Shown here: positions 26,701 through 39,007 of the stretch, in pieces
How the letters are laid out: each line of letters starts with the position of its first letter
Position numbering within the stretch: position 1 is the first letter of the stretch
Assembly (NCBI GenBank): GCA_038496445.1
Contig: JALMLS010000627.1
Coordinates: forward strand, 62,001 to 126,000
DNA: 64,000 nt
Reading direction: 5' to 3'
DNA from: Trichosphaerium sp. ATCC 40318
Lineage: Eukaryota; Protista; Tubulinea
The notes under the pieces: generated by a model
What the model was told of the DNA's origin: nothing
What the model saw: the letters and a program-made list of their open reading frames with translations, nothing else
Database searches by the model: none
Position numbers and translations under genes: made by a program

Positions 26701-27806
26701 TGATAGAAGAGTCACAAAATTTCAATCATTTACTGCTACCAATTACCACCAACAGAATACTGGGCAGTGCGAACGAAGACAAGAGCAAAAAAGTGCAAAT
26801 GCCACCTTTTTTTTTTTGAAAAACTCACAAAGTTTCACGTTGCTGCTTCCGTAGCTCTTGAACACGTGTTCATATTTTAGTACAATATTGCTAATCTCAT
26901 GAATATAAAATATCAATGATTATGTTTTATAGTAAACCATGTGACAAAGCGGTAAGGGTTTTTTCAGAGAGCAAAATCTAAAGAGACGAAAGCAAGGCAC
27001 CAGGAAAGAAAAATTCACAAAAACGAGTAAGTGATTATATTAAGGCTCCATTTTCAAAGCGTATGAGCTTACGGTGGTATCCAAACAAATAGTAAGAAAT
27101 AGTTTGTGTTTTTTATTATAATCCTATCTGTAATTGCTCTAACTCCTTTTTTCTTGAAGCAGCTGGTCGTAAATGATGTATCTTTGGTTTTAGATGAAGA
27201 CGAAGGTGCATACACATATGTTTATGTAGGAACAGACGGTAAGACTACAAGAAGAAAGAAAGAACCTGTTTGAAAAGCTCCCACAAATTTTGTATGTTAC
27301 GATTCTTGTTTCGACATTGGCTTCGATATTAGAAAGGTATTTACATAGTTTTACATGCTAATTCGATTTACTAAAGTCTTCTTTGAACGAAGTAACGTCA
27401 CAAGATGGATAAGGAATATTTCAAACTATTTATTGAAGTACGGTACATGTTGTAAAAACTGAAACTAGCAATTTGTTTTTCACACTAAACCGTTCATTTG
27501 AAGTGCTACAGAATACGCAAAAGTGATAGCATAGTGCAACGGGACATTGAAATATTTTCTAGAGCGTAGAAGAGTAGACGCTGCTTTCCATTATATTAGG
27601 GGCTAAGTTAATTTCATAAATTGTAAGCAAAAACAGTTTAGAGTGTAAGCTAAATATTCATCCTTCTGAAGGTGTCAGTGAAGTAACACACCACAATAAT
27701 ACTTTCTTTATTCTTTGATGTCAATAGAAATGGCATTCAAGGCACTACTAAATGACACTAAACAACTTTTATACTCAAGTCACAAGAACCATTTTGAATA
27801 CTTCGA

Positions 27807-28121
27807 AAACAGAATTAATCGTTTAGCACCACGTTTCGCGAACCAAAACATCGCCGACACTGTTCTCACGCATGAAGAGAGATACTGCAAGGATTTGTAG
27901 GTGTTTTGATATGTGCATTATCCATATTTGGAGAATTGAACTGGATATTTCAGTGAATTAGATGAAATTGTCCTCGAATTTACCTTTGGTCAATAAAACG
28001 AAGATATAACATGCTCATAAACACCAATGTAACATGGTGGGGCGATTGAAATCGTATATTATCAACATTTCTCAATACCACTTGTTATTTTTGTCCACAA
28101 ATGAATGGTATATAAGTATTT
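27807..28121 (+). repeat. Upstream flank of the cassette repeat (copy B)
   Basis: Highly similar to the reverse complement of 574-893 and to 38385-38700. Confidence 0.85.
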
Positions 28122-28425
28122 GGAATAGTATTTACAAACAAGGAAGGAAATACATTCTAGCGAGTAAAAATGGGCAGTAGCTTACGAGACGCCGTGCAGG
28201 GCTAGGTTAAGCTACATATGCGCCATCTTCATCTGCAATGTTTCACCGCATTTGCCAATGGTTGACCCGTAGGTGTATATTCCAACACTGAGCATCCATT
28301 AGCCTGGCCAGTGTAAGGTATCACAAAGTAACATGATACATTGGCGCTCCACTGCACAACCCGTAAGACCTGGCAGAATATCAGCAGAGCCGGGGGAGCG
28401 CTGAACCTAACTCTCTTTTTGTTAG
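28113..28425 (+). ncRNA. Putative structured RNA cassette, type B
   Basis: Same layout as type A with different sequence: GTAGCTTA/TAAGCTAC, ACACTG/CAGTGT, GCGCTCC/GGAGCGC; AATGGG-TCCATT and GTGCAG-CTGCAC pairings. Confidence 0.55.
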
Positions 28426-28600
28426 TACAGCATGAACTTCTTACTTATCAATGTTTTAGAACAACTTTTTGCTTTATCACGCTTACTTGATTTTACTAAT
28501 TTACCCCACATACGTATTTCACATTCGGCTTGATTATGTTGTTTTTTCTTTATTTGAGGACTACAGCGAAATCATAATAAGATACCATACAATTCTGTTA

Positions 28601-28993
28601 ACTAGACAGAACAAGTAAACGATGGACACGTGTTTGGCAGAATTTTGTACAAGCAAAAGTTCCAGCCAGGCGTAAGACCCCCAAAAGCAACAAAAGAAGG
28701 TGATGGGGAGCACCGCGGTGGTTGAGGGCTTTCGTTGACGGTTATTTGTGGTTTTTGGGTTGTTGCACAGAAGGTGTGCACAAGAAGCGAGAATTATCGA
28801 CGCCTTAAGTCAATGAAGTTCTCGTTCTTCACGGGTGAGTCGTTTAAGTGAAAGCAAATGAACGCTTTGAAAGAAAAAACTAATCTTTATTGAATGTACA
28901 GTCTAGATAGAATTTCCTCAGTTGGTTACCTTACGTGAATTCATTTACAGAATTGAAAAGACCAGAATAAAATCCTGCTCATTTTCTTCCCCG
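28601..28993. repeat. Dispersed repeat, inverted and internally deleted copy of 19926-20469
   Basis: Direct sequence comparison. Confidence 0.85.
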
Positions 28994-29661
28994 TACTTAC
29001 CACCTAAAAGGTGTTAACCAGATAATTTAAGAGTGAATGGAAAATCCATTGTTTGTATTAGACGTAATCGCCACCAAATGCATAAAGGCTACAGCTTTTT
29101 TGGGCTAACGGGTCCTTAAGTTTCCTGCTTAGTTTATTACGTTTTAGATAGCTATTCTCACCTTCAAACTTTGCTATAATTCGACTGGTGGTGATATTAA
29201 TAAAACACATACGTATTATTGTCAGAGAGTGCCCAATAGATGTTAAAATCGCTATCTTTTCCACTCAAAAATCGAAATTGATTAAGGTGGTAGTTAAAAC
29301 ACGTGATAGATAATGACAACAATAAAAAAAAATGATATCGAGTTCACAACTTGCCCATTTCTGACTGTACCTTATTTAGTACTGTAGTGACATGCAAGTA
29401 AACAAGTGGTTGTGGTTCAAAATGTATGTTGAACATTTTTTAGCCCAAAAATGTCAAGAAGACAACAGTAGTCAATTAATATTCACGGCTAGATTGTCAT
29501 GCTCTATACACGTATAATCTACTTAGCACAACGTGTCAAGTTCAAAAAAGTAAATGTCAAAAGAACAAAATCAGTTTGTGCACGTTGTGATCAACCCTTT
29601 ATTGCTTTCGGTACCAAGGAAATAGTAGTAAAATAATAATAAAAAAAAGTTGTTTCATTTT

Positions 29662-31915
29662 TCACTTCTTTTGTGCGTACTGCGTAGACCAAAAGGGCGC
29701 TGTAGCACCCGAAGGAGCAGTACTAGGTGGTGGTGGTTGCTTGGGTTCTTTATCATCATAGTCAACGAGCTTTGAAGCCGCTGTTTCCTCAACAGAAGTA
29801 CGTCGCCTCTTATGATCAGGTCCATCATCACCACTTGGTTCTGAAGCTCTTTTGCTGCCTTAAAAATGAGTGAGCTTTAACAAACTCCAAACGGAGGAAG
29901 AAGAGAAGAATAAGAAAGAAGAACAAGGGTTGAGTGGCAACTAAATAACACGTCAACGTTTACAACACCCCTACAAACTACTGAAAAAAATAAATGGTAC
30001 GTGTTATACGCATAATACGAAGGTAAAAGACAGGACAACACATCCAACACTGCCACCAATAGAAAAGAAAACCGTAGGTCGTTATTCTTTCTCGTTGGTG
30101 TTAGTGTTCGTTTGCGTTGGCCTATCCTCTAATCTCCGCCTAGCGGCGCATCTTGCGTCCGAATAAACGGATTGCGTGGGTTATGAGTGTGTAGTATGGT
30201 CAAAACAACCTAAATTATGAGGAAAATGTTGTAAAAGGGCGACGTACCAACGGGCATTGAAGGTGGTGGCATTTTTGCTTTCTCTTTAGCTTCTTTGCCT
30301 GTTAATAATTTTTTTGGTGGAGCTGGCGGATCTGCAGGAGCCTCTGAAGGTGGTGGTGGAGGTACAGGCTGTTCTGAGCCAGCCTGTGTTGCAGCTGCTT
30401 GTGTAGCATTTGGATCAGCTTGTTGAGCTCCCTGTACGGCTGTTAGCGGATATTTGAACGCCTTCCATAAGACGTATTAGCGAACGTACGTATTGTTGAG
30501 CGTATGGGTTCTGGTAACCTTGATAATATCCTTGGTACGCAGTTGCAGCAGCGGCTGCTTCAGGAGTACCGGATTGCGCAGTGGCGTATTGTTGGTTATA
30601 GTAACCGTACTGTCCATACCCCTGGCCGTACCCTTGGCCATATCCACCATAGTAGTATTGTTGCTGTTGCTGTTGTTGCTGTTGCTGACGGTATGCAGCG
30701 ACGCTGAAATGTAAACGTTAAAAAAAATGAATGGAAAATAAAATTTTCATAAAAGTTGCTTTCGTACTGTTCGTCATATTGTTTTTTAACTGTAGCTACA
30801 AGATCTTTAGCCATGTCTTTTGCTCTTTGAAGTGAAGGCGCATTCGGTGCATGTATAAATATATGTAAAGGTTCAGTGCCCGCTGTTGCTGTGTTGTTTG
30901 AACCCAATCCGCGCATTTCAACTTTTGACTAGCAAAAAAAATTAATAACAAATAGCGAACAATGTAGTGCACACGAACCTGTGTTTGCGTAGCTATGTGA
31001 GCAACGTAGGATTTATTTGGTCCTCCCAACTTTCCTGGTAGATCAAATGAAGGGTCTGGATTGCTAGTAGAGTGTTAAATCAATGTTCAATAAAAAAGGG
31101 GTCCGTTGGAACAATTTCGAAAAAAACTGTTCAAAAGAAAGAACCTTGCTGGTTTTATTGGCGAGTTGTATCGCTGATACCTACCTTATATTTGTCCATA
31201 TCTTTCCAGTAAATCCAGTTGGTCTTAAAGGATCATTGGCAGCAGGACGGGGTCTTTGTTGCTGTGTATTTTGCTGAATGTAGTTCATTATAAATCTCTT
31301 TGCGTTGTCAACTGCCGCTTGCGATGTTGCAGAGATGTGGAGATGTAATTTCTTTTCTAGCCCAGGATTACCTCCAGGTGGCGTATAACAGCCGCGTGTA
31401 ATTACTGACGCTTGTGTATCTTCAAAAATCTGTTTGTTTCGTTAAAAAACATTCATTTGTACTTATTAAATTATTTTCGGCTTATTTGGCTCGCTATGAT
31501 GTCTACATTACGTTTGAGCGCGTACCTGTGATTGAGTTGTGCCTCTGCATAAATAAAAGCGAACTTGAGCATTACAGTCGTTTATGTCGATTTCGTGGGT
31601 GAATCCATCGCCACTGCCCTTTGTAGACAACATATTGTTCCACTTTTGAGCAATCTGTTGCGCACGAGCTGCTGGGTCATCAGCTAGCGTAAATTAGTAT
31701 TAATAAGCATCAAACTACTTCAGAAAGTCCTTTGCTTCTTCTTTGTAAAGCACTTTCAAAAACAAACTAACCTGGCGGTTCTGGAGGTGGTGCTGGTTTA
31801 TCTGCACCTTTTACATCCCAACCACGCCTACGTCTCTTTCTACAAAATGTGAGCCTCACAAAGCAATGAAAAATTATTGTTAACACGCAGTTTTACTAAT
31901 GTACCTCTCAGCCAT
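29662..31915 (-). CDS. KHDC4: KH-domain RNA-binding protein, KHDC4/BLOM7/RIK-like
   Basis: RRRGWD, EIDINDC..RFYLCRG.TQ, VITRGCY.PP...LHLHI, KLGGPNKSYVAHI, MRGLGS...EPLHIFI...AKDMAKDLVATV, Pro/Gln/Tyr-rich tail, terminal PFW. Confidence 0.85.
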
Positions 31916-32118
31916 TGTATTGGTATTTTGTAGACGTACTGAAAGCCTGGTTGGCACGAATTATGTGGACTCTCAGTGGCCGTACACCACAACATTGTGA
32001 CCCAGGTAATATTGGCCAATTAAGGAATGAGGATAATTCTTTCTACAATTGCACAAGAGGGTGCACATAAAGCATATGGTTCAAGCGTGAAGGCTTGCGC
32101 TCAAAACGGAGAGATAGA

Positions 32119-33893
32119 ATGACTCCGTCAACGGGGTATGGCCTTTATGAACAAGCAACAGGGTTTATAGCCGGCGCTTTTGGATATGGGTCCAGTTATA
32201 CACGGAGTACAAGCAACGCAAGCGAATTCACGTATTTCAATTTAAACAGGCAAACACGTACCGAGGACCCCTTGGCTTCGCTTCAAAACTTCCAAAAGCT
32301 TGAAATTGTTGGTACCGGGACATTTGGTCGCGTATATCTAGTGTACGTCAGGTTATATCATTCTGTGTAATTCCCCGTTAGGCAAAACAACTTAACAAGC
32401 CAATTCTACGCGCTAAAAGCATTGCCAAAATCCGTACTTGTCCAAAAAGATCAAGTACAACATATACAAGATGAAAAGCGCATTCTAAGCAATTTACGTC
32501 ACCCACAAGTAGTAAAGTTGCACGCATACTTCCCTGTAATCCTACAGTTCTCTAACTTTCTTCAATAGACACAAAACATACCAGGATAACCATTCACTAT
32601 ATATGCTCCTTGAATTCGTTCCTGGAGGAGAGCTATTTACATATTTAAGGCAAGAGAATCAGAAATAATTGTAATTCAAGAAAATCCTCGCGAAAAAATG
32701 TGTTTGCTGACATTTATCCTCTAGACAAGAACAAAAGTTTTCAGAACACGTTGCCAAATTTTATGCAGCGCAGATAGTCCTTATACTAGGTACGTAGTGA
32801 AAACTAATGAGAAGTCCGGTCGCGTAGCGTCTTTTTATTTTTGTTCTTTTCTCGCTTAGAACTACACGTCCTTTTTTTTTACGCATGTTTAGAGCATCTA
32901 CACTCCATAGGCATCGCCTACCGCGATCTCAAACCAGAGAATATTTTGTGTACGTTATTAGCCTAATCCCAACTCAAAAAATTATAAAAACAACCGAAAT
33001 CGCCGTTTAGTACTCATTATTCTTCTGATAGTGGATGAGAACGGATACGTTAAAATAACTGACTTTGGTTTCGCAAAGTTTGTGTCGGATAGGTACAATT
33101 TTCTCTTCTACCTAACACCTCGCTTACACAGCTTGGGAATACTGATTTATTTCTTATTTTTTTTTCAGGACTTGGACAATGTGCGGAACACCGGAGTACC
33201 TCGCGCCCGAAGTCATTTTAACAAAAGGACATGATAAAGCTGTATGTAAAGAAGATATTATATCAATTGTGATGTACTTTTAGGTCGATTGGTGGGCACT
33301 GGGAATTCTTATTTATGAGATGTTGCATGGATTTCCTCCGTTTCATGGGTTATCGCCTATGGACTTGTATAATGAGGTATTAACAAAGCCTGTGCGGTGC
33401 CAAGACCATGTGAGCCCTGTAGTAAGCGATTTGATACTACAGTTACTCTCTCGAGATAAATCAAGGAGATTGGGTGCGTCTTTCGACCATTTCCCATCTT
33501 GTCAGCGTTAATAAGTGTTTTATCAAAAAAATAAGCACGGCCGTTTCTTTTTTTACTTAATTTTCGTTTAGGTAATAGAGCTGGTGGTGTTGCTGAACTA
33601 AAAGCTCATCGATGGTTTGCTGTACGTATTTAAACGGAGTTATTTTACCCGTCGACCGGAAACTTTTTCAACTTTCGAGAATAGTTCAGAAAGGTTCTTT
33701 GCGTACTTACATGTTATGTTAGGGTGTTGACTGGCATAAACTCGAGAGGCGGGAGCTTAGACCTCCGTTTGTACCTCGTGTGGAGTGGGCTGGAGATACT
33801 GGTAATTATGCTGACTACCCTGACTCCGAAATGATGATGGTGGATCAAAGTAATTCAAAGGACGAATATGCCCGATACTTTGAGGGATTTTAA
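32119..33893 (+). CDS. PKA catalytic-subunit/PRKX-like AGC kinase
   Basis: [40 protein letters not shown], terminal FEGF-stop (FxxF). Confidence 0.92.
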
Positions 33894-34707
33894 ACCAAAA
33901 GAGAAAGCCGTTGATGAAGCATCCACCAGGACACCAAAAAAAAGAAGACAATTGTAGATAATTGTAACAGTTTCGTGGTTACAAAAAAAAATTGAAAAAA
34001 AAAAATTTGCTTGTACAGTTTGTAAAACAATTAAAAATAATGACAAAACAGAGGTTGTTACATGTGTATTATAAAAAAGCATCATAACAATGGCTATTTC
34101 ATTTTTTTTTCTTTCAAGTCTACTGGAAAATTCTCTATTAGATAAAACGTTGCGTTGTGGCGCTATTAAACAACGCGTACATACCTTCGTTTTAATAAAG
34201 ATCAATTACGAAAAATACTTGTGAGATATTCTAAAACTAGTTTCGCGTTAATTACCTTTCTCAGCCAACTAACACGCTTACACGTTTCACGTTAATTTCC
34301 TTTTTCAGTCCAAAAAAGAATGTGACAGGATTCCATTGGATTCTCTCGCTGACAAAAGCAATGAATTCGATGATGTAAACAAGCAACTTTGAAAGGTTTT
34401 TGAGCTTTAGTACAGAGATTAATGACATCTCTCATGAACGTTATGTGTTCTGTGAATTATACAGCAAGCTTTAGTAAACACGCTATTTTCCTACACCTAA
34501 GGCCACGTCTCTCTTACACGTATTCTCATCTTTCATGTACCTGTATCAAAGGTAATGCTAGGAACCCTATTCAATACTATACTGATACAGCACGTAGCAG
34601 TCCAACGGAAACTACCAACGTCGTCACAGCTCTGTACGTGTTCTTCAACTTCAATCCTACAGCTTCTTCACTAGTATCTCTTGGCTAAGCTGTTATTCGT
34701 ACGTTGT

Positions 34708-35580
34708 TTAAAATCGCCGCAGGCTAACAGCTTTTATGTAACGAATTGCAGAGGTGATTACTTGCCTTTGTTTGTTTGCTAGAATCATTGAGCTATCCAT
34801 AAACCAGCTGGGCTTTCCCAGTAGCTGCCTCCAATCCTTTAACGTATATACCGGTTCATACGGTATGTGCAATTTTGTGGCTAAAAGGTTTGCTATTCTA
34901 TGCAAAGAGTCACTGAGATGATTTGTTTGTTTCATGCCAACAAAAATCTTAAATGCTCGCTCCTCTAGAGCTTGCTATAACCCTCTCTGAGGGCAATCAT
35001 TCCTTTCCTGGACAATGTTTTAGGGATAAATAATGGCAATACGTACGATTTGAACAGCAGCGGTTTCTTCGCTGCTGGGAGCTTTATCCCGTTCATAAAT
35101 AGATGAACCTCCTCCTTTTCGAGCTTTGTTGTAGCTAAAAGGTTTGCTATTCTGTGCAAAGAGTCACTGAGGTGATTTGTTTGTTTCACGCCAACAAAAA
35201 TCTTAAATGCTCGCTCCTCTAGAGCTTTGCTATAACCTTCTTTAAGGGCAATCATTCCTTTCCTCTCGACAATGTTTTAGGGATAAATAATGTGCCAACG
35301 TACGATTTGAACAGCAGCGGTTTTTTCGCTGCTGGGAGCTTTATCCCGTTCATAAATCTCTTCCTTTTTTACATTCATCCGCTACCTTGCCGTTTGTGAA
35401 TAAGTGTTTTTCCTCCTTTGTAGAGGTATGTTTTAGGGACAAATGACATTGTGCTAACACGTACGATTTGAACAGCAGCGGTTTCTTTGCTGCTGGGAGC
35501 TTTATGCCGTTCATAAATCTCTTCCTTTTCAGATTTATCCGCTACCTTGCGGCGTTTATTTGTTCTAAATAATGGTTAGC
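34708..35580 (-). pseudogene. Orphan family member 2, scrambled by nested tandem duplications
   Basis: Three copies of the FMNGIKLPAAKKPLLFKSY-coding segment and two of KIFVG..QTNHLSDSLHRIANLLA. Confidence 0.7.
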
Positions 35581-36596
35581 GATTTGTCAGAAGACAACCT
35601 GTTTTACCTTACGGGAAAACAGAACTAGACAACTAAGCCTCAAGTGCCTATGTACATATTTGGTCACTGGAATGAGCTGCTCCCAGCACTGACTAGTTGT
35701 ACCAAACAGAAATACAAACAGCACTTGAGGTGTTTACTGACAAATAAATCGAACTACTACTTACCAAACCTTAACTCCACACTTTTACAATTAAGACATA
35801 ACTATTAAACCTTTATTCCTTTCAATGTTTGCAACTTCTGCTGTTTTTGTTCTGATGTCCCACCCGCGCCTATAAAAACACTATCAAACGCGAACGGAAG
35901 AATACAATAATACAACAGCCTGTGGTGGTCACTCACTTACAAACAGATAGCAAATATCGCACTTAATAAAAACTCTCCGTGTTTTCTTTCCCGTGTAAAA
36001 TTGCTGAAAATTGTTGAGTTTTCCGTAGTGGTTTCTTTGCCTTTTTGTTAACACGTCATCAGTACCAAGGCCAGAATTGTCAGTAAACAACGAAATGGTA
36101 TAGTGTGATAAACTGTAAATCAGTTTTTGAGACTTAAAAAGATAAGCGTTGCCAGTACGCGAAAGAAACAGTTTGTTGTTGATTAAATCTTCGCTCAACT
36201 GGCAAAGTTTGTTTCAGTGGTTTAACTAAACGTACAATTAATGCTGTGATGTCCTCCAAAGTGTCTTCAAAAGCGACAGCCGGCAGTACTGAAATGTGAT
36301 TAACACTAAACAGATAGGTGTCGTTGTCAGTCAACGCGTAAGTACACTATGTCTGACGACGCCAAGACAAACAATAATTCTTATATTCGTGTACTATGGC
36401 TTCAGACTGTTTCCACTTTTCAGTTCTGGTGCACACATTGTAGGAAACGGAGTATACTCTAAAGGTGTAACTATTTTCAATACCAAACTATAAACAGTTT
36501 TTCTGAATTAGAACGAGAATATTAAAACAGCGCCTCCGCTTATGTACGCTACAGTATTTGTTCAAGGTCCAAAATGGGATTGCATTAAACACTCAC

Positions 36597-36945
36597 GTAG
36601 TGGTAATACCAAAGGCACGTGTTTTTTGAGGAGTGATGAAAAGAATGGATTACAACAGGTCTGGTATGATAATGGCCAAATAAAATCTTCTGTAAAAACG
36701 ATCCAATCTTATACTTCAACATCTTCTTTCATAATACATTTAAGACTCAACTCGCCATCAGGTCTCCAACATTGAAGTATTCCCTCTTTTTTACCATCTT
36801 TATAATTACATTGTGAAGCAAGTTGTCCATTAAGATTGGATCGTTTTTACAGAAGATTTTATTTGGCCATTATCATACCAGACCTGTTGTAATCCATTCT
36901 TTTCATCACTCCTCAAAAAACACGTGCCTTTGGTATTACCACTAC
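36597..36945. repeat. Perfect 115 bp inverted repeat with a 119 bp spacer
   Basis: 36597-36711 is the exact reverse complement of 36831-36945. Confidence 0.95.
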
Positions 36946-37613
36946 TATACCACCATTTCAAATCACCTTCTTTCTTACCATTGTAGTAAGTGCATTGTCT
37001 CGAAAGAACACCATTATCGTGAAATTGTTGATATTGTCCTTATGGTTTATTATTCTTTGCTGTGTATCGCTCTTGTATTTCGCCATTTGAGTGCCATTTA
37101 TCGCTTAAAACCTCTTCCTTATCACGTTTGTAATACTTTTGTACTCGCAGTTGGCCATTCTTTGAATACACCTTCTCTGTTATTGTTTTTTAGAAAAGTA
37201 CTTCATTTGAAGCGCTCCTGTCTTGTACCATTGTTTGGTTTTACCATTTCTCATACCATTACGCGTTCTACAACGTATATGACGTTTTGCATCATCGTAA
37301 AAGTGCTGATAAACGCCATGGCAGTCTCCGTTTTTCTTTGTGAATTTTTCAGTCAGTGCACTGTCTTTGTTGAATACTTGACATAACCCGTCTTCTTTCC
37401 CTCTCTGTACGAGTATATGGTCGCTAAGGTTCCATTACTATACCAAGTTTGGCCATAGCCACCTTGTTAAAGTACCATTGATAGTTTTGTATGTTCGGTT
37501 CTATCTACAAAGCATATTTGGTGTAATAAACGCAAAGTTATTGGTTCAGTTCTCCGGAAATGTATTTGCACAAATATTGCAATGAAGTGTAACGTGCTTT
37601 GACTTATCACCAT
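36712..37613 (-). pseudogene. Degenerate MORN-variant repeat gene
   Basis: Broken repeats KNGLQQVWYDNGQIKS, WYSNGTL, WYENGK; frameshifts. Confidence 0.7.
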
Positions 37614-38384
37614 TCCCAATTTTGGTAGATGAACATATATGTGTGTATGTGACAACTAGTGCTATACTGGTTGGTTACTTACAGGAATTGATCTAATATG
37701 GAAACAAAAAATTTAAACAAGTAAGAACCTAAACACCCTGGTAGCGAAGCTTGAGACCCTTCAAAGGCCTCTCATCCATGTTGGCTGTAGTACTGGACAG
37801 TTTTTTTGTTGGTGGTATTTGTATCATTGAAGGCGTTGCCGATGTAGAATGGTGTCAACAGGTTTTACATGTGCTTTTTAACATTTTGTTTTCGTTCTAT
37901 AGTTGAAAAGTTGAGTATGGACGAAGGTATCACTGTTGTATCCACCCCAAGCAAAAAACCATGGTGGTAGAATAGTAACACCTGTATCCACCCCAACCAA
38001 AACCGCCCTTACGTAGAAAGGGGATTTTTCTGATCCTAAAAACTTGCATTTATTGAAAACTGAATTTGAGGATCCATTTTTGCGTTAAACACGTGTACAA
38101 GATATACAAACCTTAACTCGTGTTGCGTTTGAACCACCGAGACGTTAAGTCGTCCTCCAACCAGTCTCGTTGCTTTATACTATATTGGTTCAACCTAGAG
38201 GTTCATCTAACGTGACTTCACAGGAGGTTTCCTGGTTCTTGTAGATACTTTGTAACTTGTAGTACTATGACGATTTCACCTTTCCGAATATCCACCATAC
38301 CTCTTTTGTATTGCAAAACAGCATACAAAACGACTTAATGTGTTGAAGGCAATAAAATGAAGTAACCAATAAACTACAAGCGGA

Positions 38385-39003
38385 AAACAGAATTAATCGT
38401 TTAGTACCACGTTTAGCGAACCAAAAACATCGCCAACACCGTTCTCACACATGAAAATAAATAGTGCAAGCGTTTTTGAGAGTTTTGAAATGTGCATTAT
38501 CCATATTTGAAGTATTGGACTGGATATTTCAGTGAATTAGATGAAACTATCCTCGAATACCTTTGATCAACGTAAAACGAAGATAAAAAACGCTCATAAA
38601 CACCAATGCAATGCAATGGAGCGAAGGAAATTGCGTTTTATCAACATTTCTCAATACCACTTTTTATTTTTATCCACAAATGAATGGTACATAAGTATTT
38701 CAATTTTCCTTGTATATCGGCGAGGAATCGACAACTGTTAACGTGGAGAGCGTATCCAAGCACCCGGTTTGTGCAAGAACCATGGCTTGTAGGTACCGTA
38801 GCTCTCCATCCTATCGGGCTCTTGAGCACGACAACCCCGGTACGGCCAGGAGATACATTCCAGCACCGTTCGTTAACACTGGACGCTGAGGGCACCCACA
38901 TTGCACCCGGGAGCCGTCTTAAACCGACAAGATTGTCTTTTTGCTAGTATAGGTAAAGTACCAACGAAAAATACAACCATAACATCACTAATTATGCCCA
39001 AAG
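38385..39003 (+). repeat. Dispersed repeat copy 3
   Basis: Near-identical to 23255-23797, with extra upstream homology to copies 1 and B. Confidence 0.9.
38692..38947 (+). ncRNA. Putative structured RNA cassette, type A (copy A3)
   Basis: Near-identical to A1 and A2 (GAGGAA, 1-nt deletion). Confidence 0.5.
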
Positions 39004-39007
39004 AACA

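Noticed and set aside
20900-28100. In-frame stops suggesting an alternative genetic code
   Set aside because: Conserved genes read through without internal stops and end in TAA, TAG or TGA; the stops co-occur with frameshifts, as in pseudogenes
36823-37386. 187 aa ORF on the + strand (also 42515-42931, 50434-50793 and 15585-16085)
   Set aside because: Antisense shadows of MORN, TEL2 and VAC14 coding sequence
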